From positions 714 to 64,713 of IMG/VR virus record IMGVR_UViG_3300031998_002794: a stretch of 64,000 bases of DNA; one strand, written 5' to 3'. The position numbers and the translations under genes were made by a program. Positions 27,313-37,165 of the stretch are shown here, one piece after another (positions within the stretch are counted from its first letter, which is position 1; every line of letters begins with the position of its first letter). Source of the stretch: a virus (Duplodnaviria > Caudoviricetes). The notes under the pieces were generated by a model. That model did not search any database, was not told where the DNA came from, and worked only from the letters and a program-made list of their open reading frames with translations.

Positions 27313-28602
27313 ATGAAAGAAGAACTTGTTAACATCGTAAACGAAATTTCAGAAGAATGCTGGAAGTGCATTGACAAGTATTCTCTCGCAGGATTCTCAA
27401 GAATTTCTGGTGAACTCGCTACTGCTGGTGGCGAAGGCAACGGTGTCTATTCTTTGACACTTACACCAAACGAAAGCGGTTCACTTGTGCTTGGTGAAGA
27501 CTATCGTCGCCTTCTTCTGCAGGCTATCGGCGAGTATCAAAGATTCTATAAAGAAATCATTTCACAGTTGCCTGAACTTCAGAAGATGAAGGTTTTGAAA
27601 GAACCAGCAAAGGCTGAGCAATATCCGCTTAGGGGTTTTGAGTTCTTGAAGAACTTGACATTCCAAGACAATGAAGCAAAGGCTGCTTGTGAAAAGTACT
27701 ATGACCTTGCTAAGACTATTGAGGAAATTAACTTCCCTGCTTTGACAAAGTTGACACACGGCGAGTTTGCTAAAAAGATGAACGACATCAAGTCACTTCT
27801 TGAAGGTAAATCAGTGCCGCTCGTTAAAGACGCAAAAGTCAAAGGCGACATGGAGAATGCTCCAGACTCTATCAAGACTGAGGAAGGCAAGAACGCTGAA
27901 CAACAGCAAGAAGAAGCACCAAAAGATATTCCTGCTGAAATCAAGCAAGATTCTGTTAAGTCTGTAAAAGGCTTTAATGCTATGATTGAAAACCCAGCTA
28001 ACTGGGGTGCTTTCAAGAATAACATTTCTGCACTCAATGACGAACTTAAGCAAAAGAATCCGGAGCTTGCTAAGGCAGCATCACAATTCGCAAAGCAGAT
28101 GGGTGGTGCTAACCGTCTAGCATATTTGTGGAAGACACTTCAAGGCTTAGGCATTAAGGACGCTATTCTTGAATCTGCTGAAATTGACTTTGACATCACT
28201 TCTGCTGAATTGCTTATGCTTATTGAAGAAGAGGAAGCAGCTCAGAATCAGCCAGAAGAAAAGAAGCCAGAACAGGCAGAGCCTGAAAAGACTGATGAAC
28301 CAAAAGAAGAGCCTAAGCAGGAAGGCGGCGACACCGCTGCTGCAAAACTTCTTGCTGCTGCAAAGGATCTTTTGAAGATTGATGATGAGTCTAGGTTCGT
28401 CGCTGCCTATAAGGAATGGCGTGGCAAAATCTCTCAGTTAGCACAGAAAGCAAACAAGAAAGAGCTTGCAGAATTGAAATACGCAGATAGCGATGATCCG
28501 TTGCTTAAACTTGCTAAGTTGAATAAAGTCCTTAAAGAAGCAGCAGAATATGGACCTATTGAGGCTGAATTCTTGAAGAGACTGCATGAACGATTAGACT
28601 AA
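27313..28602 (+). CDS. hypothetical Glu/Lys-rich helical protein
   Basis: 429-aa ORF with AAGGAG RBS. Confidence 0.75.
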   Translation: MKEELVNIVNEISEECWKCIDKYSLAGFSRISGELATAGGEGNGVYSLTLTPNESGSLVLGEDYRRLLLQAIGEYQRFYKEIISQLPELQKMKVLKEPAKAEQYPLRGFEFLKNLTFQDNEAKAACEKYYDLAKTIEEINFPALTKLTHGEFAKKMNDIKSLLEGKSVPLVKDAKVKGDMENAPDSIKTEEGKNAEQQQEEAPKDIPAEIKQDSVKSVKGFNAMIENPANWGAFKNNISALNDELKQKNPELAKAASQFAKQMGGANRLAYLWKTLQGLGIKDAILESAEIDFDITSAELLMLIEEEEAAQNQPEEKKPEQAEPEKTDEPKEEPKQEGGDTAAAKLLAAAKDLLKIDDESRFVAAYKEWRGKISQLAQKANKKELAELKYADSDDPLLKLAKLNKVLKEAAEYGPIEAEFLKRLHERLD

Positions 28603-28624
28603 TAGAAACACAATCATTCTAAAG

Positions 28625-28655
28625 GCACGGAAATAAAATCCGTGCTTTTATTTTC
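28625..28655 (+). terminator. intrinsic terminator
   Basis: GCACGGA-aataaaa-TCCGTGC followed by TTTT; near-identical core to the 21151 terminator. Confidence 0.8.
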
Positions 28656-28691
28656 TTTAAATCTTTGTTATATTTTACCAAGGGTAGAATT

Positions 28692-29021
28692 ATGAAGAAA
28701 ACAGAAATTATTGAAACGATTAAAGAATTTGTTGACTTACTACCGATTTATGCTAAGAATAAGAATTGCCTGCCGCCGACAATTTCTATGCAGCAGATAT
28801 GTGCTATAAATCTGCACAAAGAAATCATCATGAACATTTACTACTGGAAGTTGGCGCCAGAAAGTCCAGACGTTGTAGAATGGTGCTCTGATATGGTAGA
28901 AGATGAAAACTTTGAATATGTCTATAAGAAAATCAGCGACATTTGGGAGAAAAGGGCTAGAGCAGAAATCAAAGAAGTAATTAAGGAATTGGAAAGCACA
29001 CCCATAGAAGACTGCAAATAA
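28692..29021 (+). CDS. hypothetical protein
   Basis: 109 aa from ATG 28692. Confidence 0.65.
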   Translation: MKKTEIIETIKEFVDLLPIYAKNKNCLPPTISMQQICAINLHKEIIMNIYYWKLAPESPDVVEWCSDMVEDENFEYVYKKISDIWEKRARAEIKEVIKELESTPIEDCK

Positions 29022-29046
29022 ATATAAAAAATAGGAATTGAAGTCT

Positions 29047-30171
29047 ATGTGGAGAGCATCACCAGAATTTTACGGCAAGCCTATGGAGTACTGTCACCCG
29101 CATCATCGCATACCGAGTGACATTGAACATGCTCCAGTGATACCGCCTTGGGAAGAATGTTGCCCGGGTGGTGATGATAATTGCGAATGCGTCACATCTG
29201 GTGACGTAGCTCGTTGGAACTACGCTTACGAAGAACTTTCTGCATTTTCTGGTGTTGACCTCCAGAAGATTGCTGAAGACGTTCAAAAATATGATGAATT
29301 TGCAGCCAGCGCTGATAAGTGGAATTGGACTTATGGCGAAGTTTCTGGCAATGAAGATGAATGGAATAAGATCCGTGAGTTGTCAGGCGTTCCTGCACAT
29401 CTCGAACTCCACGATGAACAAATTGCAGAACTTTCTGCTGGACAAGCAGCTTTAAGCGCTGACCTTGATAAGAAGGCAGACGCTATCAAGTATGATATCT
29501 ATGACCGTGAGACAAATCCTGAAGGCTCGTTCATACTTGACGATGATCTATTGAAAGTTAAAGACTATCCTAAGCTCGCTATTTCAAAGCAAGCACTTGA
29601 GGATATTCAAAAGCACTTAAAGCCAATTCCAAACACACCTGCTCTATATGAATTGTATCAGAGCCCTGAGTTCAGTGCTTGGAGTGGTTATTCCGCATTT
29701 GGTCCTTACCCAACACGCCTTGAAGATGTTTACATTACTGATGGCGTTGCTTGGTGGATCTTGGCTAACGACAGACGACTTTCTGCAATGGACGTCAAGA
29801 ATGTTACTCAAGATGGACTCTTAGACCAGCATTGGTCTGCTATTGACGAATTATGGCGCCGTTATCGCGGTATGTCTGGTGAGTTCAGCAACATCAGATG
29901 GTACACAGGCGATGGCAAGACTATCTCCGCTACAAAGACGCATAACAGAAGCGGGGCAACCCCTGAGATTTATAAGCTAGAAGTTATTGACCTCCCTGAA
30001 GAATGGAAGACAAAGGTCGCTTCTGGTGTAGACGCTCGTAAAAGAACAGATGTTCTTTCCGCAGAAATAGACAAGATAAACGCTAAGTCGTTCTTCGAGT
30101 TCAAGCCTCGTGAAGGCCGTGATATTTCTGCTTGCACAGGTGATAACATTATTTGGTATGACGGAGAGTAG
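29047..30171 (+). CDS. hypothetical virion-associated protein (Pro/His/Cys-rich N-terminus, coiled-coil segments)
   Basis: ORF after an AATAAATA motif; start could be TTG 29038. Confidence 0.65.
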   Translation: MWRASPEFYGKPMEYCHPHHRIPSDIEHAPVIPPWEECCPGGDDNCECVTSGDVARWNYAYEELSAFSGVDLQKIAEDVQKYDEFAASADKWNWTYGEVSGNEDEWNKIRELSGVPAHLELHDEQIAELSAGQAALSADLDKKADAIKYDIYDRETNPEGSFILDDDLLKVKDYPKLAISKQALEDIQKHLKPIPNTPALYELYQSPEFSAWSGYSAFGPYPTRLEDVYITDGVAWWILANDRRLSAMDVKNVTQDGLLDQHWSAIDELWRRYRGMSGEFSNIRWYTGDGKTISATKTHNRSGATPEIYKLEVIDLPEEWKTKVASGVDARKRTDVLSAEIDKINAKSFFEFKPREGRDISACTGDNIIWYDGE

Positions 30172-30173
30172 TA

Positions 30174-30557
30174 ATGGAACAAATAGCAACCTTGATTTTG
30201 CAGAGCGGTAACATAACAGCTATTATCTGTTTTGTTATATGCTATGTAGTCATCTGGGCACAGCGAAACAAGACAAAGAAAACTCGTGACGCTGCAACAG
30301 AACTCATAGAACAGACTATGAAGACTATGAAGGATCGTCAAGATGCATTTGACGAAACCGTCGAGTACCTTAAAGAACAGGTTACAACATTAAAGACGGA
30401 GAAGGAGCTTATGCAGAAAGATATCCAATTCCTTAAGACTGAACAGTCTGACGTTAAATCAGACGTTAAGGAAATTAAGAATACTTTACAGACTATGGCT
30501 CTTGCGCTTGAACGTCTCGCAACTGCCGCAGACATCAACAATAAGAAGGACAAATAA
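30174..30557 (+). CDS. single-TM plus coiled-coil protein, holin-like candidate
   Basis: Hydrophobic N-terminus (ITAIICFVICYVVIW) followed by heptad repeats. Confidence 0.45.
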   Translation: MEQIATLILQSGNITAIICFVICYVVIWAQRNKTKKTRDAATELIEQTMKTMKDRQDAFDETVEYLKEQVTTLKTEKELMQKDIQFLKTEQSDVKSDVKEIKNTLQTMALALERLATAADINNKKDK

Positions 30558-30558
30558 A

Positions 30559-30954
30559 ATGCTAAGTGAATTTATCAAAGAAAGCAAAGAATTTGGACCT
30601 AAGGAAGATAACCCGCTTATCTACACTTTGGTCATCGCTAAAATCGCTACTTCCTGCAAAGAAACAGCAAAAGAAGACGAGAAACTTTTTGCGGTGATTG
30701 ACAAAGTTGAGAAGATGCTGCCGAAGATTGACACAAAGCGCATTAAAGCTGATTACTCACCGATTGGTCTGTTTGGCGTCATGGAAAACCGCAAGGGAAG
30801 CGACGTAAGGGAATACGTCAAGCAGTATTTTGAAACATTTGAGGCCCTTGCTGCAGATGATGAGAAGTCATTCTCAAGCGCCTACGAAGTACATCATTTG
30901 TTCAAAGAGTTAAAAGACTCAAACGAATTTAAAGATTTTCTCAAGTCTTTATAA
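30559..30954 (+). CDS. hypothetical with a T4-CTS-like N-terminus
   Basis: Starts MLSEFIKE; start moved from 30502. Confidence 0.65.
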   Translation: MLSEFIKESKEFGPKEDNPLIYTLVIAKIATSCKETAKEDEKLFAVIDKVEKMLPKIDTKRIKADYSPIGLFGVMENRKGSDVREYVKQYFETFEALAADDEKSFSSAYEVHHLFKELKDSNEFKDFLKSL

Positions 30955-30987
30955 ATAAAATATAGAAAAGGTTTTAGGAGATAAAAC

Positions 30988-31806
30988 ATGGCAAGAACAC
31001 AAGCAAAAAATCGTAAGAAAGTAAGTCTTTCAGAAGGATTCCTTGACGGAGAGGAAGAGGAAATCCAGACTGCTGAAACTACAGCACCGGAAGTACCTCC
31101 TGAGGACGATCCTACAAATATCCCTGACGACGATCCTGAGAACGATATCTCAGATGAACCGGAAGGCGATGTTCCACCTGAAGACACACCGGCTGACGAC
31201 ACACCGGCGGCAACTGAAGACGAAACTGGCGTTGAGTCTGGCCGTGAGGAAACAGCACAGGAAACACTTGATGCTTTGCAGACATTGACTGCAAACATTC
31301 AGGAATTGACTGCTGCAGTAAAGGATTTGAAAGACCAACAGGCAGCTGGTGCAGAAGAGCCTGCAGCTGATGCTGGTTTTGACGACACCTCTCTTGAGGA
31401 ACCTCCTGCTGAAGGCGAGACCTCAGATATCTCTGGCGACGAAGGCGGAGAAGAAACATCTACCGAAGGTGGCGAGGAAACTTCCACTGAAGGTGGTGAG
31501 GGAGAAGGTGGCGAAGGCGAGTCTACTGAAGATAACACCGACTTTGAAGGCGATGAAGGCGGCGAGGGTGAGGAAACAAGCGAAGAGACAAGCACCACAG
31601 CAGAAGCTCTTATTAAGTCATTCACAGAACCCGGCAAGCAACTTAACGAAAATGGCCCAACTCTTATTGGTAAGGTATACAACTACCGTATGGATAAGCT
31701 TGAACCAATCGTTATGGGCATCGTAAAATCAAAGATTAGAAACCGTATAGAAGGTGCCAGAAAAGAATTCAGAGCACAAGCATATAAAGACCAATACGGC
31801 GAATAA
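30988..31806 (+). CDS. highly acidic prohead core/scaffold-like protein
   Basis: TATAAATA at 30950; very high Glu/Asp content; EETSTEGG repeats at 31441-31530; LSE and LNE sites. Confidence 0.6.
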   Translation: MARTQAKNRKKVSLSEGFLDGEEEEIQTAETTAPEVPPEDDPTNIPDDDPENDISDEPEGDVPPEDTPADDTPAATEDETGVESGREETAQETLDALQTLTANIQELTAAVKDLKDQQAAGAEEPAADAGFDDTSLEEPPAEGETSDISGDEGGEETSTEGGEETSTEGGEGEGGEGESTEDNTDFEGDEGGEGEETSEETSTTAEALIKSFTEPGKQLNENGPTLIGKVYNYRMDKLEPIVMGIVKSKIRNRIEGARKEFRAQAYKDQYGE

Positions 31807-31830
31807 TCGCTTAAATTCTTAAAACCTAGA

Positions 31831-31857
31831 GCGGTAGCAGAAATGCTACCGTTTTTT
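31831..31857 (+). terminator. intrinsic terminator
   Basis: GCGGTAGCA-gaaa-TGCTACCGT followed by a T run. Confidence 0.85.
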
Positions 31858-31874
31858 GCTCTAATAAATACCGT

Positions 31875-32462
31875 ATGGAAAATCAGTTCAAATCTTTATG
31901 TGATGAATTTAACATCGAGCCTACGTCCGATGAAAAAGTTCTTAGTGAAATTACCCCTCAAGCAGTTCAAGAATTGAGGGATGAAAGAAATGATGACGAT
32001 GCAGTCATTGACTATAAGGGACAGAAGTATACCTTAAAGCATCTTAAACTTCTTGAGACCTATTGGCAAGAGAAGATTGCTGCTGACGGTGATGTCCTTG
32101 AGACTTTGCGACAAATGTGTAAAGTCGGTGCAGCTCCAAGATATTTTGAAGTATACTCCTCGTTGTCAACTACACAAGCATCTCACCTTAAAGAACTTGA
32201 GTTGCTCAACAAGATCATAACTGACTATCAAGTCCAAGAAAGTAAAGAAAAGATGCAAAAGGAGTCAATGGACCAGAAGGAGCGTTTGCTGCAGATGAAG
32301 GCAGACCAGAATGCTGCTCTTCTTGGTGGAGGCGACACTTACAACATCCAGAACAACAACTTTGTCGTTACATCGTCCCAGCTTCTTGAAATGTCTCAAA
32401 AGGCAGATGAAGAGGCTAAGGCGTTGGAGGACAGTATTCATGCGGAGTTTAACTTAGAATAA
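31875..32462 (+). CDS. terS: terminase small subunit (gp16-like)
   Basis: APRYFEVYSSL and NNNFVVTSSQLLEM resemble the gp16 PRA.EV...L and NN.FVGST.EL motifs. Confidence 0.65.
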   Translation: MENQFKSLCDEFNIEPTSDEKVLSEITPQAVQELRDERNDDDAVIDYKGQKYTLKHLKLLETYWQEKIAADGDVLETLRQMCKVGAAPRYFEVYSSLSTTQASHLKELELLNKIITDYQVQESKEKMQKESMDQKERLLQMKADQNAALLGGGDTYNIQNNNFVVTSSQLLEMSQKADEEAKALEDSIHAEFNLE

Positions 32463-33523
32463 TGCTGTTTTCAGTCTTTTACAGAATCCAGAACCGTGAT
32501 AAATTCTTTACACGCTTCTGCAATAGATATATAAAAATAACGGATGGCGCCCTCCGTGAGTCAATGGTTGACACATGTGAGGAGCTTATGGAACTTATTG
32601 TTAAGATGATACTTGATAGCGACAAACGAAATTTGACCGCTATTCTTGCAAAGCAAAATTCAAAGAATGCTAGAATTTTCTTTGACTACATTACTGGCTC
32701 AAAGACAAAGCACATGAAGAAGCAAGATATCATCAAGGCAGTGGATGAGTATTTCAAAAAGGAGAATGAAATGAAGAACATATCTGACTTTCTCTGTGAG
32801 GCAGTAAAGCCTGTTAAACTTACCGAGTTTAAGTATAAGCCTTTTAAACTCACAGAAGCTGATGATGATGCTGACTTTGGCGAAACTGATGCAGGAGGAG
32901 ATGATGCAGATTTTGGAGACACTGGCGGGGACGATGATTTCGGCGGTGGCGATGATTTTGGCGATGATTTCGGTGGCGATATGGGCGGTGATGACGCTGA
33001 CCCGTTCGGTGATGACGCTGGTGGCGATACCGATGGTGGAGATAATTCTGATACCGATGCTGCTACTGGAGAAGACAACCCAGACGATCCGTATGATATT
33101 GAGGGTCACGAAGACGATCCTGACTTCACTAAAGGACAAACTTCTGGCGGTGATTTAGGTGAGCCTGTTCCTGCTGGTGCTTGCGTCTATGATGCTGAAG
33201 GAATCTTCAAGTCTATTGACGCTGTAGTTCAGTCACTCCCTGACCTTGAACTCGCAGAAATTGACGCAGTAAAGAAAGCAGTCACACTTATCTTCAATGG
33301 TAAGATTCTTAATCCTGAGGATGTAACATTCCAGAATCCTAAGAATGCAATGTATCTTGTCAAGAAGATCGGTGAAAATGTTGATGAAAGAACTTGCCGC
33401 TACTTGTTCCTTAAAATCAAGCAGCCTCTTATCAAGCTCCGCGATGCTCGTAAGGAAGAACTTGCTAAGATGAAGAACGACACTCAGAATATCAGAAATA
33501 CATTGTCTGCAATAGACAAATAA
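32462..33523 (+). CDS. hypothetical with an acidic GGDD repeat and a probable internal start at 32771
   Basis: AAGGAG directly before in-frame ATG 32771 (MKNISDFLCE); DDF-GG repeats at 32860-33070. Confidence 0.65.
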   Translation: MLFSVFYRIQNRDKFFTRFCNRYIKITDGALRESMVDTCEELMELIVKMILDSDKRNLTAILAKQNSKNARIFFDYITGSKTKHMKKQDIIKAVDEYFKKENEMKNISDFLCEAVKPVKLTEFKYKPFKLTEADDDADFGETDAGGDDADFGDTGGDDDFGGGDDFGDDFGGDMGGDDADPFGDDAGGDTDGGDNSDTDAATGEDNPDDPYDIEGHEDDPDFTKGQTSGGDLGEPVPAGACVYDAEGIFKSIDAVVQSLPDLELAEIDAVKKAVTLIFNGKILNPEDVTFQNPKNAMYLVKKIGENVDERTCRYLFLKIKQPLIKLRDARKEELAKMKNDTQNIRNTLSAIDK

Positions 33524-33552
33524 ATAAGTTATAAAATTGATGTGAGGTTATT

Positions 33553-34716
33553 ATGTTAAACGCCGATACGGCTAAGTGGGATGGGAAAAATCTTGTTCTC
33601 ATCCAAGCCGCTGATGCTTCTGGCTGCAGCCATTATAGATTGAGATGGAATGCCCTCTACTGTGCGGGCATTGACTCTCTCGGGTTCATTCCTATTGTGT
33701 TGCCATTCGCGATGTTTGATGCGATGTACTTGATGCACACAAAGGCTATCATTTTCCAGCGCCCAATTTTCAATGAAAAGAAAGAGCTTATTGAACGCTA
33801 TAAGGCGCTGCAGCCTAAATTTGGCTACAAGTTAATTTGTGAACTTGATGACCAAGTCTTTATGATTGATGGTCAGACAGTGCCAAAATACAACTCAGCT
33901 TATGAAACATTCAAGAGTCAAGACTTGACAGATAACTGTCGTAAACTCTTCCCGTTGTTTGATGAGATTGTAGTTTCAACGCCTTATCTTAAGCGAAAGA
34001 TTGAAGAAATTTTCGATGTCCATAATGTGACAGTGATTAAGAACGTAGTTCCTCGCTTCTTGTGGAGCTATCCTCGTAAGCAGCACATTACAGAAGACAT
34101 CAAGAAACCGACTGTCGTCTATTCGGGTTCGCCTACACACTATGCTAACCCGATACCGAAGTGCCCAGCCTGTCCTAATGGCGTTGAGCCAGACAAAGGC
34201 GATCTTGAAGGTGCTTGGTGCGATTGGGTTATCAAGAACGTCCGTGAAGAAAAGATTAACTTCATCGTGATGGGAACTCTCCCTTGGTTCTGGGAATCTA
34301 TTCGTGACCGCATCACAATCATTCCTTGGGTAGACTGTAACTCGTTCCCACGACAGGTTATGGAAACAAAGGCAGACTTCTCTATCGCTCCTTTAGTAGA
34401 GAATACATTCAATAAGTGCAAGTCAAGCCTTCGCTTCACTGAAGCATGTGCTGCTGGTATGGTCTTCCTTGGTACTACTTTTGAAGATTCTCCTTATAAT
34501 GAAGTACACAAGGACGAACAGGTACCGCTTGGCTCGACTATTGAAGAAATTGATGCTAAGTTCTGGCCTTTGACTAAGAAAGACAAGTATAACGAATTGC
34601 TTGACTGGCAGTATAAGTACATCAACTCAAGTGGTTGCTGGCTTGAATCCGATAAGCACATTAACGCTTGGCTTGATATGATTGATAATCAGTCAGTAGG
34701 CAAATCGTTCATCTAA
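33553..34716 (+). CDS. GT-B-type glycosyltransferase-like protein
   Basis: GCSHYRL, IIFQR, ELDD, DEIVVSTPYL, VIKNVVP, YSGS.TH, APL..N.FNKCKS motifs typical of phage GT4-like proteins. Confidence 0.7.
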   Translation: MLNADTAKWDGKNLVLIQAADASGCSHYRLRWNALYCAGIDSLGFIPIVLPFAMFDAMYLMHTKAIIFQRPIFNEKKELIERYKALQPKFGYKLICELDDQVFMIDGQTVPKYNSAYETFKSQDLTDNCRKLFPLFDEIVVSTPYLKRKIEEIFDVHNVTVIKNVVPRFLWSYPRKQHITEDIKKPTVVYSGSPTHYANPIPKCPACPNGVEPDKGDLEGAWCDWVIKNVREEKINFIVMGTLPWFWESIRDRITIIPWVDCNSFPRQVMETKADFSIAPLVENTFNKCKSSLRFTEACAAGMVFLGTTFEDSPYNEVHKDEQVPLGSTIEEIDAKFWPLTKKDKYNELLDWQYKYINSSGCWLESDKHINAWLDMIDNQSVGKSFI

Positions 34717-34728
34717 GATAAATAATAT

Positions 34729-35523
34729 ATGAATCTAGATGAATACGCATTGCAAGAAGCCCTTCGTGTAAAGTATGTAGTTCGTAATGGCAAACGAGTA
34801 AAGAAGTGGGTCACTACTCGAAAAGGCAAGTACCGTGTCGAGTATGATGAAAACGGAAAGCCTCGTGAAGTCAGAATTACAGCGACTGAAAGACGCAAAA
34901 GAAAATTGGGCCAACGTCGTGGTAAGTTGAAAAGACTTGCTAAGATGGGTCGCATTGAACTTAAACGTAAGAAGTCATTCATTACACGTCGTAATATCGG
35001 CATGCAGTATAACAAGAAGTTACCTGACATCGTAACCGCCCGTGGTCCTAACGGGCGTGTTTCTGGTGCACCGACTGGCGCTCCAAAGATGGATACTTTG
35101 CATCCAGTCAAAGAGTCATTGATTCTTGAAGCACCACATGCATATCTTTTTAGCGATGCAGATAACGATTACTGCTGGGACTTCTATGCTGAAACCATTG
35201 ACGATTCAAGCTGGCTAGAACAGGTCATTGACATCTATACGAAACGTCAAATAATTACTATCAACCCTGACGGTTCAAACCCGAACGAAGGCGAACTAAA
35301 CGGGTTGAGTGACGAACATATAGAAGACATCACAGAAAATCTGATGTATAGTTTGGAATTTATCAACTATGCAGCAGACGCATTCGTAAATGCTGATGAA
35401 GACCTTAAGGAAAGATTTAGAAACGCGGTTCCAGCAAAGCTCTTTAACGCTATGCTGCCGATGATTAACTCTTTGACTGTCAAGAAGGACAAACAGAGTA
35501 AGATAAATAAACTAGAGGTATAA
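34729..35523 (+). CDS. gp68-like basic prohead core protein
   Basis: LQE site followed by a very Arg/Lys-rich segment (VRNGKRV..ERRKRK..KRKKS); lies immediately before the portal gene. Confidence 0.5.
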   Translation: MNLDEYALQEALRVKYVVRNGKRVKKWVTTRKGKYRVEYDENGKPREVRITATERRKRKLGQRRGKLKRLAKMGRIELKRKKSFITRRNIGMQYNKKLPDIVTARGPNGRVSGAPTGAPKMDTLHPVKESLILEAPHAYLFSDADNDYCWDFYAETIDDSSWLEQVIDIYTKRQIITINPDGSNPNEGELNGLSDEHIEDITENLMYSLEFINYAADAFVNADEDLKERFRNAVPAKLFNAMLPMINSLTVKKDKQSKINKLEV

Positions 35524-35526
35524 TAG

Positions 35527-37128
35527 ATGGATTTTAATTTAATGAACCCGTTCTCACCGAAGTTCTTGCAGGTACTTCCTGACAAGGTTCAGACTCGTGA
35601 ATTGACTGCGCGTTTGAACTCATACGGCGTTGGTGAGGACACGCTTGACATAAGCCGCTATATTAGAAGTATCTCTGGTCAGGCAGCTCCGGCATATCCG
35701 TTCGAGCAGAACAACATTATCTTCGAGACCGTTTTTGCCTCAAAGAGACAGCGCATCAACTTCTATCGTAACATGGCTTTGTATGCCTTCGTTAAGAAGT
35801 GCTTGAACATTATCGTATCAGAATGCTGCTCAAAGACCGTTACTGGTGAAGTGGCTACATTTGACATTGACCCTGCTTACAAGAGCGAGTTCACAAAGAC
35901 TGAATACAACTCGTTGCTTGAAGAATTTAACTGGGTCATCAACTGCGTCATTAAGAAAAAGCAAGTAAAGGAACTCTTCCGTAAGTGGTTGATTGACGGA
36001 GAACTCTTCCTTGAAATCTGTCTTAACGACCAGAAGAACTCTGTTGCTGGCATTAAGATTTTGCCACCTTACTGCACGCTTTGCGTTTATGAAGATGGCG
36101 TCAGAACAGGTTTCGTTCAGGATCCTACTCTTGTAGACCCAAACACACCGAACAAAGAAATTAAGAAATTCACAACCACACAGATTGCATATTCTTGCTA
36201 TGGCCTCTATAACGGCAATAACCTTAATGACGTAAGAGGTCACCTTGAAGCAGCCATCAAGCCTATTAACCAGCTTCGTGCTATTCAAGATGCACAGACA
36301 GTTTACTTCATTGTTCGTGCTCCTGAAAAGAGAATCTGGAAAATTTATGGCGGCGGCATGGCAACATCAAAGCAGCCAGAATACTTGCAGCAAGTTATCG
36401 CACAGTATCGTCGAGACTTGAATCTTGATCCACATACTGGTCTTGTCAATGGCTCTGCTAATACACAGGCATTGTCTCAGGACATTTGGTTCATGCAGGA
36501 CCGTAACGGTCAAGGTTCATCTGTTGAAACACTCAAGGGCTCTACCGAGTTCCAGGGTATTCAAGAAGCATTGAGCGGTTTCAAGGAAGAAGTCGCTGAC
36601 GCTCTTGAAGTACCGCCTACACGCTGGAAGACTGACCCAGGTGGTTCGCAATATGTTCAAGGCTTGGACGGTTTGTCTATTGACGAAAAACAGTTCCAAG
36701 AACGCTGTGCTGAATTTGCAGATAGATTCTGTGAAGTCATTTACCAGATCTTTATGGTTCAACTCCAAGTTTCTGGTTATGACGAAAAGTATCTCGACTC
36801 TGCCAAGTATGATATTCGTCTTGTCCCAGCAACCGATACACGCAAGTTCCGTGCTATGGGTGAGGCTGAAAAGAGAAGCGGTATTCTTGGTACTGTCTCT
36901 ACTATGCTTCCTACTCGTGGCAACATTAAGGACGATGGCGAAGAAGCACCACCGATCTTCTCTAAGCAATTCGTATTTGAGGAAATGCTTGGCTATAACA
37001 CAGAGCAGTATCTTAAGAATGAGGCTATGCTTGACCGAGAGATTGCTGCCTTGAAGGAGAAGGTTGACGCCGCTAAGAAGGAAGGCGGAGATTCGGAAGA
37101 GGTGGACGAAGGAGATATGGACTATTAA
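35527..37128 (+). CDS. gp20: portal protein (gp20)
   Basis: FYRNMA, FRKWLIDG, LEAAIKPINQLR..DA..VRAPEKRI, VETLKG. Confidence 0.93.
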   Translation: MDFNLMNPFSPKFLQVLPDKVQTRELTARLNSYGVGEDTLDISRYIRSISGQAAPAYPFEQNNIIFETVFASKRQRINFYRNMALYAFVKKCLNIIVSECCSKTVTGEVATFDIDPAYKSEFTKTEYNSLLEEFNWVINCVIKKKQVKELFRKWLIDGELFLEICLNDQKNSVAGIKILPPYCTLCVYEDGVRTGFVQDPTLVDPNTPNKEIKKFTTTQIAYSCYGLYNGNNLNDVRGHLEAAIKPINQLRAIQDAQTVYFIVRAPEKRIWKIYGGGMATSKQPEYLQQVIAQYRRDLNLDPHTGLVNGSANTQALSQDIWFMQDRNGQGSSVETLKGSTEFQGIQEALSGFKEEVADALEVPPTRWKTDPGGSQYVQGLDGLSIDEKQFQERCAEFADRFCEVIYQIFMVQLQVSGYDEKYLDSAKYDIRLVPATDTRKFRAMGEAEKRSGILGTVSTMLPTRGNIKDDGEEAPPIFSKQFVFEEMLGYNTEQYLKNEAMLDREIAALKEKVDAAKKEGGDSEEVDEGDMDY

Positions 37129-37165
37129 AATCTTTGGTATAAATATACAAAAGGAGATTTAAATT

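Noticed and set aside
31441-33070. Possible CRISPR-like or DNA tandem repeats
   Set aside because: The repeats are degenerate at third codon positions and encode low-complexity acidic peptides (EETSTEGG, DDFGG); there is no repeat-spacer structure
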